Made by a program: the position numbers and the translations under genes. Positions 1-10,326 of a DNA stretch of 32,858 nt are shown here, in pieces. The first letter of the stretch is position 1. Every line of letters begins with the position of its first letter. The stretch covers positions 1 through 32,858 of the forward strand of contig JASHTL010000064.1 in assembly GCA_030040595.1 (NCBI GenBank). The letters are read 5' to 3'. Source of the stretch: Candidatus Micrarchaeota archaeon. Lineage in GTDB: Archaea; Micrarchaeota; Micrarchaeia; Micrarchaeales; CABMGC01. Below the pieces are notes generated by a model that made no database searches, had not been told where the DNA came from, and was given only the letters and a program-made list of their open reading frames with translations.

Positions 1-70
1 TTATGAAATTTATCCTTTTCAGGGATTCGACTATGGCTGGGTCTAAGCTCATTTCTGAGAATGCTTTCAA
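1..70 (-). CDS. 5' end of a DEAD-box RNA helicase (runs off window; not in ORF track)
   Basis: Minus strand from TTG at 70 translates MKAFSEMSLDPAIVESLKRINFI, matching the N-terminal part of the Q-motif (F..M.L...I...L...F..PT). AGGAAAGGTG RBS-like sequence lies just upstream. Confidence 0.7.
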   Translation of the reverse strand, partial: MKAFSEMSLDPAIVESLKRINFI

Positions 71-212
71 ACTTTACACCTTTCCTAAAAGCAAAGAAGT
101 AGTTATACGACGACTAATTATAGCCTGACTTATAGGAACTACTGTATCTGCTCGCAATAATCTATATCGACACTGATATTTAAACCTTGACATTGTAAGG
201 TCTTGCGGTCAC

Positions 213-2663
213 ATGGCAGATCTGGATGCGCCCGGCCAGTCTTCATTCAGGCAGAATGGGCTTCTTACTCGCGTTTCCGGAGTGCTTGCCATAGTTGCAG
301 CAGCGCTCACGATATATTTTCTGTACAGGAATGGCCTCAGAGGACTATCGGAATTAGTCTTCATAGCCACCTCACTCGCAGTTTTCATCGAAGGAATGCT
401 GCTATTAAGGCAAACCAGGCACCGGATCATAGCCATAATGATTATTTTAGAAGCTGTAGTGCTTTTCATATTTTTTCAATATTCGCCATACAGGTGGTTT
501 GTTGTTCCTCTCTTGCTGATATCAGGACTACTAAATTTGATATACAACCCCGTCCCAAAACCCAAATCTCCCCACCCGATCTCACAAAAATGGCCGGCAT
601 TGGTACTGCTCTCTTCCATATTCATGCTTATTGTGATAATTATAATGGAAATCCTGCAGTATTACCTGATATCCTCGCAGAATGCAAGCTTCCTGTATGT
701 TCTATCGCTCGTTGGTTACTCTACATACCTCCTATATGCATCATGGATCGTGGGCATGATGCTGCCCCTGACCCTCCTGGTTTCCGGCCTGAAAATGCGA
801 TCCACTGAAATAAACAAAGTGAGGAGATGGTCTTTGATTTCGCTGGCACTCTCAATTCTCGTTGCGATATTCGCATATACTCTCCTATCCGCCCCTTATA
901 ATTTTGCACTTCTTTCTTCGATAGCTTCGGGAGCTACCACAGCCAGCCATAATCAAATTAACATCGTATTGCTCTTAGGAATTATTGGAGGGATAACATT
1001 ATTTGGGGGGATAGGAACAGCGGCATCTGCATTTGCGGTGTTCAGAAGTAAGGCAAACGAGAGCCTTCCTAAATTCGTAACCAAACGATACAAACTGGTT
1101 GTACTAACTGCAGTAGCCGCGGTAATTATTATAGCAGTATATCTGAATGTATCGATTTCCCTGGGAAATGCCTACGCGCTGAAAAGTCTCAATGACCAGA
1201 TATACGAATACGGAGGAAACCTAAGATATCTGCTCGCAAACAAGACAATGTTTCTTTCCCTTATCAGCACGAATTCCGGATATTATACACAGAACTATTC
1301 GCAGTTATACGAAGCGCTCTACAACGAGTCACACAACCAGACAACAATTAACGAGGCCCTTGGTCCGAATTCCACATATAGTGGTGCGGCAACCGCATAT
1401 GACTGGGGAGAATACAATCCCATAATCCGAGGCACTGTTGTATATACATTATACTACTTGGGGCTTCCAGTACTGAACAGCACAAAAACCCCACCCACGC
1501 TTAACCTTCCTGAGAGCGCCACGGATCTTGAATCTCTGTATCAGCTCAGGAGCACCGGTACCGGAATCCTGCTCATAGCAGATGCTCTAAGTGTGCTGTA
1601 TTATTCTGGCGTATTCGGAGGAACTGTGAACTATACCGCATATACCAAACAAAGACAGCTGACATATGTTGATTATACATACGGTAATTACGTAGGATCT
1701 GAATCTCCTTATTACTCGTCAAAACTGAGTGGAGGGGTAACCACAACGGCATCAACAACATCAAGCGGCGATCAGTACGATTACTCGTCTGCTAGCGTAG
1801 TTGGATGGCTAGTTCTAGCATCTAACATTGGAGGACCCCTACAACTATTGTCCTACCGTGGGCTCTATAACAATACCATTACAGACAAGCAGCTATTTTA
1901 TCTTGCGGCGCTGACCCAGTACGATGGCTACCTATCATCTCAAATACTCTACAACAAAAGCATGGGGGCTGGGATTGACGGTTTGGTGTATAATGGAAAC
2001 ACTTTAATCATAGACCTTGGAAACCTGAATCTTACTTCGAACCAGTCAATATCACTGCATGTGGATGGCATCGCGAGCAACTATACTAGATATTACAACT
2101 TCCTTGTCGCTGACGGAACCATTGGGGTGGGCCTGCATAACATAACCGTTGGAATAGGAAGCCAGTCTTCCTCGGCCCCGCTTTATATCTCACCAGCCGT
2201 GCTGGAACCTGAATCTGTCACTCTGTCTACAAATGGAAACCTGTCCATGACGCTTTCAAACCAATTCTCGTTATACACGCCAAATTATTCCAACCATACA
2301 TACCGTAATTCAAATTACACGTTTTATCCAAAACCAGGATTTGGCAATGTGATCTTATCCGATATCAACCTATCAAATGCTCCTCCAAGTTTCGATTACA
2401 TAAACGGAACGCGTGTCAATAGCGTCAAAGAGTTTCCCGGAATCATGGAGTATGCAACACAAAATTCTTACGGTGACATAACATATTCGAATGCTGTAGC
2501 GGTGACCCCAAATCAGAATTATACTATCCCAAGCAATAGCGAGGCCCAATTGACTTTCTATACTGGCCCGCCCAGCTCTGTGGGTTCGCAACACATCTTC
2601 TTCTTTTCCGCCAACAGCAATTACGGCAAGGCCTATTACATAATCTATACAAAAACCACTTAA
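213..2663 (+). CDS. Large hypothetical multi-pass membrane glycoprotein
   Basis: 816 aa ORF with about 9-10 hydrophobic helices in the first ~320 aa, then an N/S/T/Y-rich extracellular region with many N-x-S/T sequons. TTTAAA box at ~179-184. Confidence 0.75.
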   Translation: MADLDAPGQSSFRQNGLLTRVSGVLAIVAAALTIYFLYRNGLRGLSELVFIATSLAVFIEGMLLLRQTRHRIIAIMIILEAVVLFIFFQYSPYRWFVVPLLLISGLLNLIYNPVPKPKSPHPISQKWPALVLLSSIFMLIVIIIMEILQYYLISSQNASFLYVLSLVGYSTYLLYASWIVGMMLPLTLLVSGLKMRSTEINKVRRWSLISLALSILVAIFAYTLLSAPYNFALLSSIASGATTASHNQINIVLLLGIIGGITLFGGIGTAASAFAVFRSKANESLPKFVTKRYKLVVLTAVAAVIIIAVYLNVSISLGNAYALKSLNDQIYEYGGNLRYLLANKTMFLSLISTNSGYYTQNYSQLYEALYNESHNQTTINEALGPNSTYSGAATAYDWGEYNPIIRGTVVYTLYYLGLPVLNSTKTPPTLNLPESATDLESLYQLRSTGTGILLIADALSVLYYSGVFGGTVNYTAYTKQRQLTYVDYTYGNYVGSESPYYSSKLSGGVTTTASTTSSGDQYDYSSASVVGWLVLASNIGGPLQLLSYRGLYNNTITDKQLFYLAALTQYDGYLSSQILYNKSMGAGIDGLVYNGNTLIIDLGNLNLTSNQSISLHVDGIASNYTRYYNFLVADGTIGVGLHNITVGIGSQSSSAPLYISPAVLEPESVTLSTNGNLSMTLSNQFSLYTPNYSNHTYRNSNYTFYPKPGFGNVILSDINLSNAPPSFDYINGTRVNSVKEFPGIMEYATQNSYGDITYSNAVAVTPNQNYTIPSNSEAQLTFYTGPPSSVGSQHIFFFSANSNYGKAYYIIYTKTT

Positions 2664-2727
2664 ACGACATCAACCACTCCTGATTTAGGGACATTTATTA
2701 TACATAACGTCACTAAATAATCTAAAC

Positions 2728-3795
2728 ATGGAGAAGAATGGGGAATCGGCGCCTAAAGACAGGTTCACCCTGATATTCCTCAACCTTGCATCGCTGATGC
2801 TTGTCCTGGGGTCCGTGTACATAGTTGAGGAAATCTCGATAATATACGGGATAGGCGCCGGAGCGGTGATCCAGAGCTCCTACGACAATAACGCGACTAT
2901 AGCGCCGTCGATAGCTGCTGCGGCACAGCAGCTGCTGGCGGTCCACAAGAGCATACTGGAATCGTATGTCCTCTTCATCGTGGCATTGGCCCTAATGGGC
3001 TGCGCATTCCTTATGTTCATCAGGCGCAATGAACGCAACACCGCTTCGCAGACAAGGTACGTGCCGCTGCACGCCGGCATGGTGGCAGTCTACACGCTCC
3101 TGCTTTATGTCATCCTCTCTGGACTCTTCACAACGATACAGAATTACTACATGGACGTAACCTATGCGGGAATAGTTGTCTGCTTCGCGTGCGATGCCTT
3201 CATAGAGTACACGAACAGGACGCGGAGCGTATCAAGGGTCACAAAGGTGAGGCACACCATGGCAATAGACCCTGCGAAGCCGTTCTCGAACCTGATCAGC
3301 CTTCGGGAGAGCATCTTCGCAAACCTCTCCGGCCATCTCCGCATAATAGACAAGCACTTCAATTCGACTGCGCTCTCCAACCTGCACAGGCTCATCGAGG
3401 AGAGCAAGGGCAACTTCAAGAAGATCACCATACTCACCTCAAAGGAGATGCTCGATTCCGATACAAGCAGCTCAGTGTCAGATTTCAGGAGCGAGCTTGC
3501 GCATGACGGAATAGCATTCGAGATGAGGCTAATGGACGACAAGGACGCGGTGGAGCAGCACGAGAGGCTCATGCTCGACGACAAGATAGCGTACAAGGTG
3601 CCTCCGTTCAACATAATAAACAAGAAGAGCGAGCACATAACCACCGTGAGCTTCTCCACGGCAAGCAGGAGGTTCGAATACCTCTACGGAAGGGCAATAC
3701 GGCTTGACAACTACATGACAAAGATGGCAAGGCCAGGCAACGAAGCCGGCGTGGCAGAGCACGGACAGGAAGGGAACAATACCCCCAGCCCATGA
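2728..3795 (+). CDS. Membrane protein (about 4 TM) with C-terminal PLD-like-fold domain
   Basis: Four hydrophobic segments, then IIDKHF...ITILTS...HERLMLDD, resembling HDR-type PLD-like domains. Host-like codon usage. Confidence 0.6.
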   Translation: MEKNGESAPKDRFTLIFLNLASLMLVLGSVYIVEEISIIYGIGAGAVIQSSYDNNATIAPSIAAAAQQLLAVHKSILESYVLFIVALALMGCAFLMFIRRNERNTASQTRYVPLHAGMVAVYTLLLYVILSGLFTTIQNYYMDVTYAGIVVCFACDAFIEYTNRTRSVSRVTKVRHTMAIDPAKPFSNLISLRESIFANLSGHLRIIDKHFNSTALSNLHRLIEESKGNFKKITILTSKEMLDSDTSSSVSDFRSELAHDGIAFEMRLMDDKDAVEQHERLMLDDKIAYKVPPFNIINKKSEHITTVSFSTASRRFEYLYGRAIRLDNYMTKMARPGNEAGVAEHGQEGNNTPSP

Positions 3796-3894
3796 CCTGC
3801 TTTACAAAAGAGAGAGCTGCACCCATGGCGTTGGTTATTTTGGGATGTAGCAATTTTGGCAAAGTTTAAATGCCTTTTTGTTTTATATGAGAGC

Positions 3895-4977
3895 ATGGAG
3901 CACAATCCATACTCGTTCAGGAGCGAGTTTAACGAGAGGCAGAGTCCGCTCACAAGGCAGGTCCTCAGGGCCCTCTCCGAGGATTCTAGAATATCCATAC
4001 TCGAACTCTCAAAGAAGCTTGAAGTCTCAAGGCGCACGGTCAAGGAGCGCATCCGCAAGGCGGAGGCAGAGCTCGGGATAAGGTATACGATAGAGCTGAA
4101 CGAGGAGCTGCTCGGCCTGAACAGCCCGCACATAATAATGCTCAAATTCGTGAACAAGCCCAACTACAACGAGGTACTCTCCCTACTTGAGAAATCATAC
4201 ATACCGCAGGTTGCAGTCCAGGTCCGCGGCAAGTACGACATGATAATATACGCGAACGCGATCAGCAGCCAGGATTACGTGCACTGGGACAAGACAATGC
4301 AGATCGCGCTCTCGAAGTACGGCGTGCTCTGGCAGGCGTCTGACGTGGCGCACAGGTCGCTTGGGTTCTTCCCCTCAAGGAACCAGCTGATAGACAGGCT
4401 CTCGATCCCTTCGAAGTACAAGGAGATGCTCAAGCTGCTGAATGTTGATGCAAGGATGTCGTACAAGCAGATATCGGACAAGCTCGGCATGCACTTCAAC
4501 ACCGTTGCTTACAACTTCAAGAAGCTTACCGAGCTCGGATACGTCAAGCGCTTCACCATGGTCATGAAGCCGCAGGATAACACGTCGATAATGTCGATGT
4601 TCGGCAAGTACATACTCGCAGAGAACTTCGAAGTGGACGGCTCTCGGCTGCGGCGCGAGATACTCCAAAGCGACGACAATGATCCAGTGGTATGCAGGTT
4701 CCCGCTTGCCGCGCAGATGGTTGGCAGCTATGACTATTTCCTCCTTGGTGTATTCGACAATTACGACGTGGCATACAAGCGCCAGATACAGTACTACAAG
4801 GAGCGCTTCAGGCGGCACCGCGTAAAGGTCCTTTACGGCGAGGTTACCAGGCTCCTCCTTGGCGACCTGCCGCTCAGAAGCATAGATACAAAGAAGGAGT
4901 TTACCCCTATAAAGTGGCACTCCGAGCAGGCCGAGCCGCGCGCGCAGGAGCAGCAAGCCGAGATGCAGGAAGCATAG
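3895..4977 (+). CDS. Lrp/AsnC-family regulator with two tandem HTH domains
   Basis: LRALSEDSRISILELSKKLEVSRRTVKERIRK and LKLLNVDARMSYKQISDKLGMHFNTVAYNFKKL. ATG 3895 is preferred because TTTAAA at 3865-3870 lies 25 nt upstream. Confidence 0.85.
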   Translation: MEHNPYSFRSEFNERQSPLTRQVLRALSEDSRISILELSKKLEVSRRTVKERIRKAEAELGIRYTIELNEELLGLNSPHIIMLKFVNKPNYNEVLSLLEKSYIPQVAVQVRGKYDMIIYANAISSQDYVHWDKTMQIALSKYGVLWQASDVAHRSLGFFPSRNQLIDRLSIPSKYKEMLKLLNVDARMSYKQISDKLGMHFNTVAYNFKKLTELGYVKRFTMVMKPQDNTSIMSMFGKYILAENFEVDGSRLRREILQSDDNDPVVCRFPLAAQMVGSYDYFLLGVFDNYDVAYKRQIQYYKERFRRHRVKVLYGEVTRLLLGDLPLRSIDTKKEFTPIKWHSEQAEPRAQEQQAEMQEA

Positions 4978-5041
4978 CAAAAGCGAACTTTCGCGCAGTG
5001 ATTATAAACGCTTTCGGCAAGAATAATATCAAGGCATCTCC

Positions 5042-5710
5042 ATGGCGCAGCAACAAAACACTCCTACGGCAACGGGCCAGCCGGCAGGCCAGCAGGGCCA
5101 GGACAGGACCCGCCTTTACATAATAATAGGCATCATAGTAGCGGTAATCGTAGCCCTGATACTTCTGGGGATATACTTCTCCTCATCTGGCGTTCCGGCG
5201 CTTACGCAGACCGCATCGCAGAACTCCACCTCAATACCGATGGGCTCGGCCCAGGCGCAGACCCTGCTGGGGTCTTCCCTTATCAACTACAGCGTCTCGG
5301 ACCTTTTCAACCCGGCATCGCCTCTGAACATGTCCGACCTGATATCGGTTGTCCCGCAGCTATACGACAATGCGACCAGCGGGTGGATCACAGTTGCACA
5401 GGGATCCAACGCAACCTCGAACGCCAGCATCGAGTATATTGCCATCACGACCTCGAACGTGCAGACGATCTCGAGCCTGCTCGGTTCGGCATCGGTCTCT
5501 GGGCTTCCAATGACCGAGGAGAAGACCAACACGGGCAGCGTGAACGGGTTTGCCTACACGTACTGGCTCTATTCCAATTCCACCGCCAACATGCAGGTGC
5601 TCTCCGGATGGAAGAACAACGACGCAGCTATAGCTATAATCCTCTCAAATCCTCCATTCACGGTGAACGAGACCGCGCTGGTAAGCGCAGTGGCGAACGA
5701 CACCCCGTGA
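5042..5710 (+). CDS. Hypothetical membrane-anchored surface protein
   Basis: Single N-terminal TM (LYIIIGIIVAVIVALILLGIYF) followed by an S/T/N-rich domain with sequons. Confidence 0.75.
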   Translation: MAQQQNTPTATGQPAGQQGQDRTRLYIIIGIIVAVIVALILLGIYFSSSGVPALTQTASQNSTSIPMGSAQAQTLLGSSLINYSVSDLFNPASPLNMSDLISVVPQLYDNATSGWITVAQGSNATSNASIEYIAITTSNVQTISSLLGSASVSGLPMTEEKTNTGSVNGFAYTYWLYSNSTANMQVLSGWKNNDAAIAIILSNPPFTVNETALVSAVANDTP

Positions 5711-6850
5711 TCATGGCATCTGCGTGAAATAAGTCGATCCGCTCTGGTTTATGCCTCCAACACAGTACACATATCCGCCAGTAGCGGCACAGCTCCCCTC
5801 TCCCAGGCCCGGACCGGGGTAGACAGTCCCGTCGCTCCACACGCCGAACCCCGAACCCGATATACTGGCATAATACGTGTTGCTTATTGGCGTGGCATTG
5901 TATTCATCTCCACCAACGCAGTAAACCGTGCCGCTGGAGGTGACGCAGCTGGGATCATAGGCTGGCAGCGGGTACGTTCCGGAACCGTTCCATTCCTCTA
6001 TCTGGTCTAACGCGGAGGAATTTACCGTACCGTAATAGTCGTCCTGACTGCCTGTTCCTCCCACGCAGTATATCTCGTCCTCCTGGCTAACGCAGCCGGC
6101 TAGGGACGTGTTTACGGGATACGGATCTGTAGCGGCCCAGGATGTATACTTGCCATCTTCCAAAGTCGCGTGGTTTACCGCATCTGTGCTTGCGCCGTAA
6201 CTGTATCCGCCTATGCAGTAAAGGCTATTGCTGGCAATCACGCACGACGTGCTATCTATTGGGATAGGATATAGGCGCACAGGTCTCCATCCTGACACTC
6301 CTGAAGAGCTTAAGTTTGCGTAGTATGCGGTCGAGACGGTGCCATAGGCATCGCCTCCTCCTATGCAGTATACTGTGCTCGAGTAAAGAGCGCATGAAAG
6401 TCCGCTCACGTTGGCCGGGTAAGAGGCCGTGGCCTCCCAGCTGCCTATGCCTGACTGCGAGACCTTGGCGAAGTAGACGCTGTCAGTGTCAAAGCCCTGG
6501 CCAAGCGTGCCGTCAATGCAGTAGATGTACCCGTTCAGGCCCACGCACGTCTCATTGTATACTGGAAGCGGATACTGCGATGATGCCTGCCATTGCCCCG
6601 GCTTCCCGGCTGGCAGCACCGTGGTAGTGGCTATGGACGATACGATTGTAGTTGTTTGCGAGGTCGTTGCCTGGGTCGTGGTGGCCGGAATCGTGCCTGT
6701 GACATTTATCACCGATAGCACCGATGTTGTTGAAAGGACTGTTGTGGTGGTTACCTTCCCGCCTGATGCGTATATGCTTGATAGTATGACAAACACTATG
6801 AGGGCGATCACTGAAACGGCCAAGAGGATAAATGGCGAGACCTGCTGCAT
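5711..6850 (-). CDS. Membrane-anchored Kelch-like beta-propeller protein
   Basis: Signal/TM anchor from ATG 6850, Thr-rich linker, and six repeats of W....YP......(S)C......YC(I/V)GG. Confidence 0.8.
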   Translation of the reverse strand: MQQVSPFILLAVSVIALIVFVILSSIYASGGKVTTTTVLSTTSVLSVINVTGTIPATTTQATTSQTTTIVSSIATTTVLPAGKPGQWQASSQYPLPVYNETCVGLNGYIYCIDGTLGQGFDTDSVYFAKVSQSGIGSWEATASYPANVSGLSCALYSSTVYCIGGGDAYGTVSTAYYANLSSSGVSGWRPVRLYPIPIDSTSCVIASNSLYCIGGYSYGASTDAVNHATLEDGKYTSWAATDPYPVNTSLAGCVSQEDEIYCVGGTGSQDDYYGTVNSSALDQIEEWNGSGTYPLPAYDPSCVTSSGTVYCVGGDEYNATPISNTYYASISGSGFGVWSDGTVYPGPGLGEGSCAATGGYVYCVGGINQSGSTYFTQMP

Positions 6851-6950
6851 GCTCGCAATTAGCCATATCAGATTAATATATCTATTCGGGCTTGATGCAC
6901 CTGGCAACGCGCATCGAGGCGGTTTGCGATGCCGCCTATTGCGATCCTCA

Positions 6951-7520
6951 TCACAGTTCACCGTATCTGAAGCAATAGGTCATGTGGTCATTGACCATGC
7001 CCGTGGCCTGCATGTGCGCATAGCATATCGTGGTGCCAACGAAGCTGAATCCTCTTTTCTTGAGGTCCTTGCTCAGCGAATCGGACTCCGCTGTGCTCGC
7101 AGGCACCTGGTCCATGCTCCTCCACCTGTTCCTTATCGGCTTGCCCCTGACGAACTTCCATATGTAAGAGTTGAAGCTGCCGAACTCTTCCTGCACCTTG
7201 AGGAAGCATTTTGCGTTGTTCACCGCAGACTCTATCTTCAGCCTGTTCCTTATTATCCCGGCATCATTAAGCAGGTTCTTTATCATCGGGCCTGTGAATA
7301 CGGCTACTTTCCCAGGATCAAAGCCGCTGAAAGCCTTCCTGTACCCTTCGCGCCGGCTGAGTATCGTGAACCAGCTAAGCCCTGCCTGCGCGCCCTCGAG
7401 CACAAGGAATTCGAAAATTCTCCTGTCATCATGTACGGGCACGCCCCACTCCGTATCATGGTACCTTATGTAGAGGGGATCTGTATTGGACCACTCGCAG
7501 CGCCTTATTTCTTTTGCCAT
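6951..7520 (-). CDS. tag: DNA-3-methyladenine glycosylase I
   Basis: RCEW, YHDTEWG, LEGAQAGLSW, IIRNRLKI, FVGTTICYAHMQATGMVNDH motifs. Confidence 0.95.
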   Translation of the reverse strand: MAKEIRRCEWSNTDPLYIRYHDTEWGVPVHDDRRIFEFLVLEGAQAGLSWFTILSRREGYRKAFSGFDPGKVAVFTGPMIKNLLNDAGIIRNRLKIESAVNNAKCFLKVQEEFGSFNSYIWKFVRGKPIRNRWRSMDQVPASTAESDSLSKDLKKRGFSFVGTTICYAHMQATGMVNDHMTYCFRYGEL

Positions 7521-8926
7521 CGTTCACGCCCTTCCTCGTTGCCTTTAATCGCCGCCCTGTTCTCCTTGCCCCTGGCATATGATAGAACCGCAGCTATGAA
7601 GAGCACGATTATCGAGAGCACCAGCGCGGCGTCTATCCCTGTGATGAATGCGGTGGAGACGCCGCCTATGAGCTTGGATGTCCCAAGGAAGATCGAAAAT
7701 GCTATTGGCCTTGAGACCGCGAGCGATGCCACGGTGAGTATTATCACGTAGCTGGCAAGCGTGCCTATGTTCTGCATCAGCCGTGAGAGCCCGGATATGC
7801 TGCCGTAATGCTCGCGCTGGGCATTGGCCATTATCGCGCTCATGTTTGCAGGGAAGAACATCGAGACCCCGATTCCCGATATGAACGACGCAACGAGTAT
7901 TATGTAAAGGCTGCTTGTAGCGGTCAGCGTAAGGTAGATGGCCACTGTCGCCATCATCAGGATAAGCCCCACAGTCGCTATTATGCGCGCACCATGGGTA
8001 TCAGAGAGCCTGCCCATCTTCGGCCCCACTATTGCCGTTATTATGTAACCCGGAGTCAGCAGGAGCGAGGCATCGAGCGGGTTAAGTCCCCTGACGCCCT
8101 GCAGGTACATTATGATTATGAAGACAACGCCAAGGTACCCTAGGCTCATGAAGAATGTCGCAAGGATGGAGTAGGTGAGCACCCGGTTTCCCTTGAAGAT
8201 TCCGAGGTTCATGAGGGGGCTCTTGCTCCTTATCTCGACAATGAAGAAGAGGCCCAGGACAACAACTCCCGCTGCCATCAGGCCGATGTTGAGCGGAGTA
8301 GCTCCCTGTCCCGCAATGTCTATAGCACCATATGCTATCAGGAGCAGCGATGAAGTAAGCGTGACCATGCCTGGCCAGTCGATCTGCGCCTTGATCCGCT
8401 GATTGTCCTTTATGTACCTAATTCCATAATACGTTGCAACTATGCCGATCGGCACGTTTATGTAGAATATGTACTGCCACCCTGCGAAAGTGGTCAGGAC
8501 TCCGCCGAGGAGAATGCCGAGCATTGCGCCAAAGCTCCACCCGACTGAGGTATAGCCGAATGCGCGGCCGCGCTGGTGCGGCTCGAACGTGTCTGCTATT
8601 ATGGCTCCGGAGTTGGCCTGGAGCATGGCGCCGCCTGTTCCCTGGATGATCCTGAAGAGTATCAGGAAGATGATTCCGGGGGCAAGCCCGCAGAGGAAAG
8701 AGCCTATTGTGAAAACGGCGAATCCAAGGTTGAATATCCTGCCACGGCCGTATATGTCGCCTATCCTGCCAAACTGGGTCGTGGCAACCGCTATGACAAG
8801 CAGGTATGCAAGGATTATCCAGACCGATAATACCAGGTTGGTGTGAAGTGCCTGGTTGATGGTAGGCAGCGCGAGCAGCACTATGGTAGTGTCTATGGCG
8901 CCCATGAGCACCCCCAGCACAAGCAC
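7505..8926 (-). CDS. MFS drug/H+ antiporter (DHA2/EmrB-like, about 14 TM)
   Basis: DTTIVLLALP, GRIGDIYGR motif A, RIIQGTGG, WQYIFYINVPIG. The true start may be a few codons further upstream. Confidence 0.9.
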   Translation of the reverse strand: MLVLGVLMGAIDTTIVLLALPTINQALHTNLVLSVWIILAYLLVIAVATTQFGRIGDIYGRGRIFNLGFAVFTIGSFLCGLAPGIIFLILFRIIQGTGGAMLQANSGAIIADTFEPHQRGRAFGYTSVGWSFGAMLGILLGGVLTTFAGWQYIFYINVPIGIVATYYGIRYIKDNQRIKAQIDWPGMVTLTSSLLLIAYGAIDIAGQGATPLNIGLMAAGVVVLGLFFIVEIRSKSPLMNLGIFKGNRVLTYSILATFFMSLGYLGVVFIIIMYLQGVRGLNPLDASLLLTPGYIITAIVGPKMGRLSDTHGARIIATVGLILMMATVAIYLTLTATSSLYIILVASFISGIGVSMFFPANMSAIMANAQREHYGSISGLSRLMQNIGTLASYVIILTVASLAVSRPIAFSIFLGTSKLIGGVSTAFITGIDAALVLSIIVLFIAAVLSYARGKENRAAIKGNEEGRERWQKK

Positions 8927-9108
8927 TGCAAGTATCTTGCCTTGATTGTTCAGAATAACACCTTTATTTTTGCGGCTGACCGCCTTGGGCTACCAGCCGG
9001 CATGAAAACTATGCTACTAGAAAATTATAAACCTACCGCAGGAATGCCCCCTGTGTTTGCGAAACGATTGGATTGTTTCTAATACCTTATTGTGGCATAT
9101 GTAATTGA

Positions 9109-9933
9109 GTGATTTCCATGGCCAATGCCGAAATGATAAAATACAAGACACAGGTTGGCAACGACATATACGCATACCTGGCAAGACCTGACGGTGAGGA
9201 AAAGCTGCCAGGCGTCGTGCTGATACACGAGATATTTGGGCTAAGCGGCCATGTCAAGGCCGTTGCTGACAGGATAGCAAAAGAGGGCTATGTGGTCCTG
9301 GCTCCCCATCTCTATTCATTCAGCCCTGAGATCTCCTCTGTCTTCTCAGATCAGAATCTGGCTGCGACTATGCGCTTCATGGGGAAAATCCCAAGGGAGA
9401 AGATGCGCGATCAGGAGTTCGTCCAAGGAGAGCTCTCAAAAGTGCCTTCACCGGAACGCGAGACGGTGCAGAGGGTCATGGGAATGATGTTCGGAGGGCT
9501 CCCTATGGACAAGCTGACCACGGCAGGGGTGGACGGCGTGGAGTACCTTAGGTCGCAGGATTACGTCAATGGTGATAGGATAGGCACAATCGGCTTCTGC
9601 TTTGGAGGCGGCATCTCGGTAAACATAGCATGCAACACGAGGACAGCTGCGTGCATAATCTTCTACGGAAACAACCCCTCGCCAATAGAGCTCGTGGAGA
9701 AGATCCAATGCCCGGTGATGGGGCTGTACGGAGCAGAGGACATGCACATCAATGCAAACCTTGACAAGCTTACGGCAGCTATGGCAAAATACCGGAAGGA
9801 CTTCGAGATGAGGATATATCCGGGAGCCGCGCATGCGTTCTTCAACAACACCAACAGGCAGGTGTACAACAGCGCGGCGGCGAAGGATTCGTGGAAGAGG
9901 GTAAAGGGGTTCTTCAAGCGCACGCTTAAATGA
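9109..9933 (+). CDS. Dienelactone hydrolase family protein
   Basis: IHEIFGL, GFCFGG nucleophile elbow, YPGAAHAF. Confidence 0.92.
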   Translation: MISMANAEMIKYKTQVGNDIYAYLARPDGEEKLPGVVLIHEIFGLSGHVKAVADRIAKEGYVVLAPHLYSFSPEISSVFSDQNLAATMRFMGKIPREKMRDQEFVQGELSKVPSPERETVQRVMGMMFGGLPMDKLTTAGVDGVEYLRSQDYVNGDRIGTIGFCFGGGISVNIACNTRTAACIIFYGNNPSPIELVEKIQCPVMGLYGAEDMHINANLDKLTAAMAKYRKDFEMRIYPGAAHAFFNNTNRQVYNSAAAKDSWKRVKGFFKRTLK

Positions 9934-9939
9934 CGATAT

Positions 9940-10314
9940 TCACTTCCTGATCCTGAGGTAGTCGGTATCGTCGAAGGCGAGGGCCATCGCCAGAAGCAGT
10001 ATCGCAAGGTCCCTTATCACGATGTCGTTGAATCCGAAGTAGTAGGTTACCGAAACTACTATCGAAAGCATGATCAGCGAGGCAATCACGGCCATGGCCC
10101 TGAGATAAAGGCCAAGGAGCACGGCTATTCCCACTATGACCAGAACCACTCCGTGTATCATGACAAAAGTGTTTATGGCTATGAATGCTGAGAAGAACGG
10201 AGGGACATACGAGGCCCAATAGCTTGGCTGCACAATCTCCCATATGCCTATGCCTACGAAGACTACGGCAAGGCCAAGGCGCATCAGCAGATGGCGTATC
10301 TGTGAGTTCTTCAC
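9940..10314 (-). CDS. DoxX-family membrane protein
   Basis: LMRLGLAVVFVGIG...LLGLYLR...RDLAILL; four TM. Confidence 0.75.
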   Translation of the reverse strand: MKNSQIRHLLMRLGLAVVFVGIGIWEIVQPSYWASYVPPFFSAFIAINTFVMIHGVVLVIVGIAVLLGLYLRAMAVIASLIMLSIVVSVTYYFGFNDIVIRDLAILLLAMALAFDDTDYLRIRK

Positions 10315-10326
10315 CGGCTTACCCCT

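Noticed and set aside
3-128. 41-codon plus-strand ORF
   Set aside because: Antisense to the DEAD-box helicase start and its RBS.
203-808. 201 aa alternative-frame ORF
   Set aside because: Overlaps the 816 aa membrane protein in another frame; implausible composition.
6525-7751. 408 aa plus-strand ORF
   Set aside because: Antisense shadow of the Kelch-like, tag and MFS genes; no recognisable motifs.
8973-9079. Short hairpin CGGCTG/CAGCCG and imperfect palindrome GAAACGAT/ATTGTTTC
   Set aside because: Too short and imperfect to distinguish from chance, although the position between divergent genes would fit operators.
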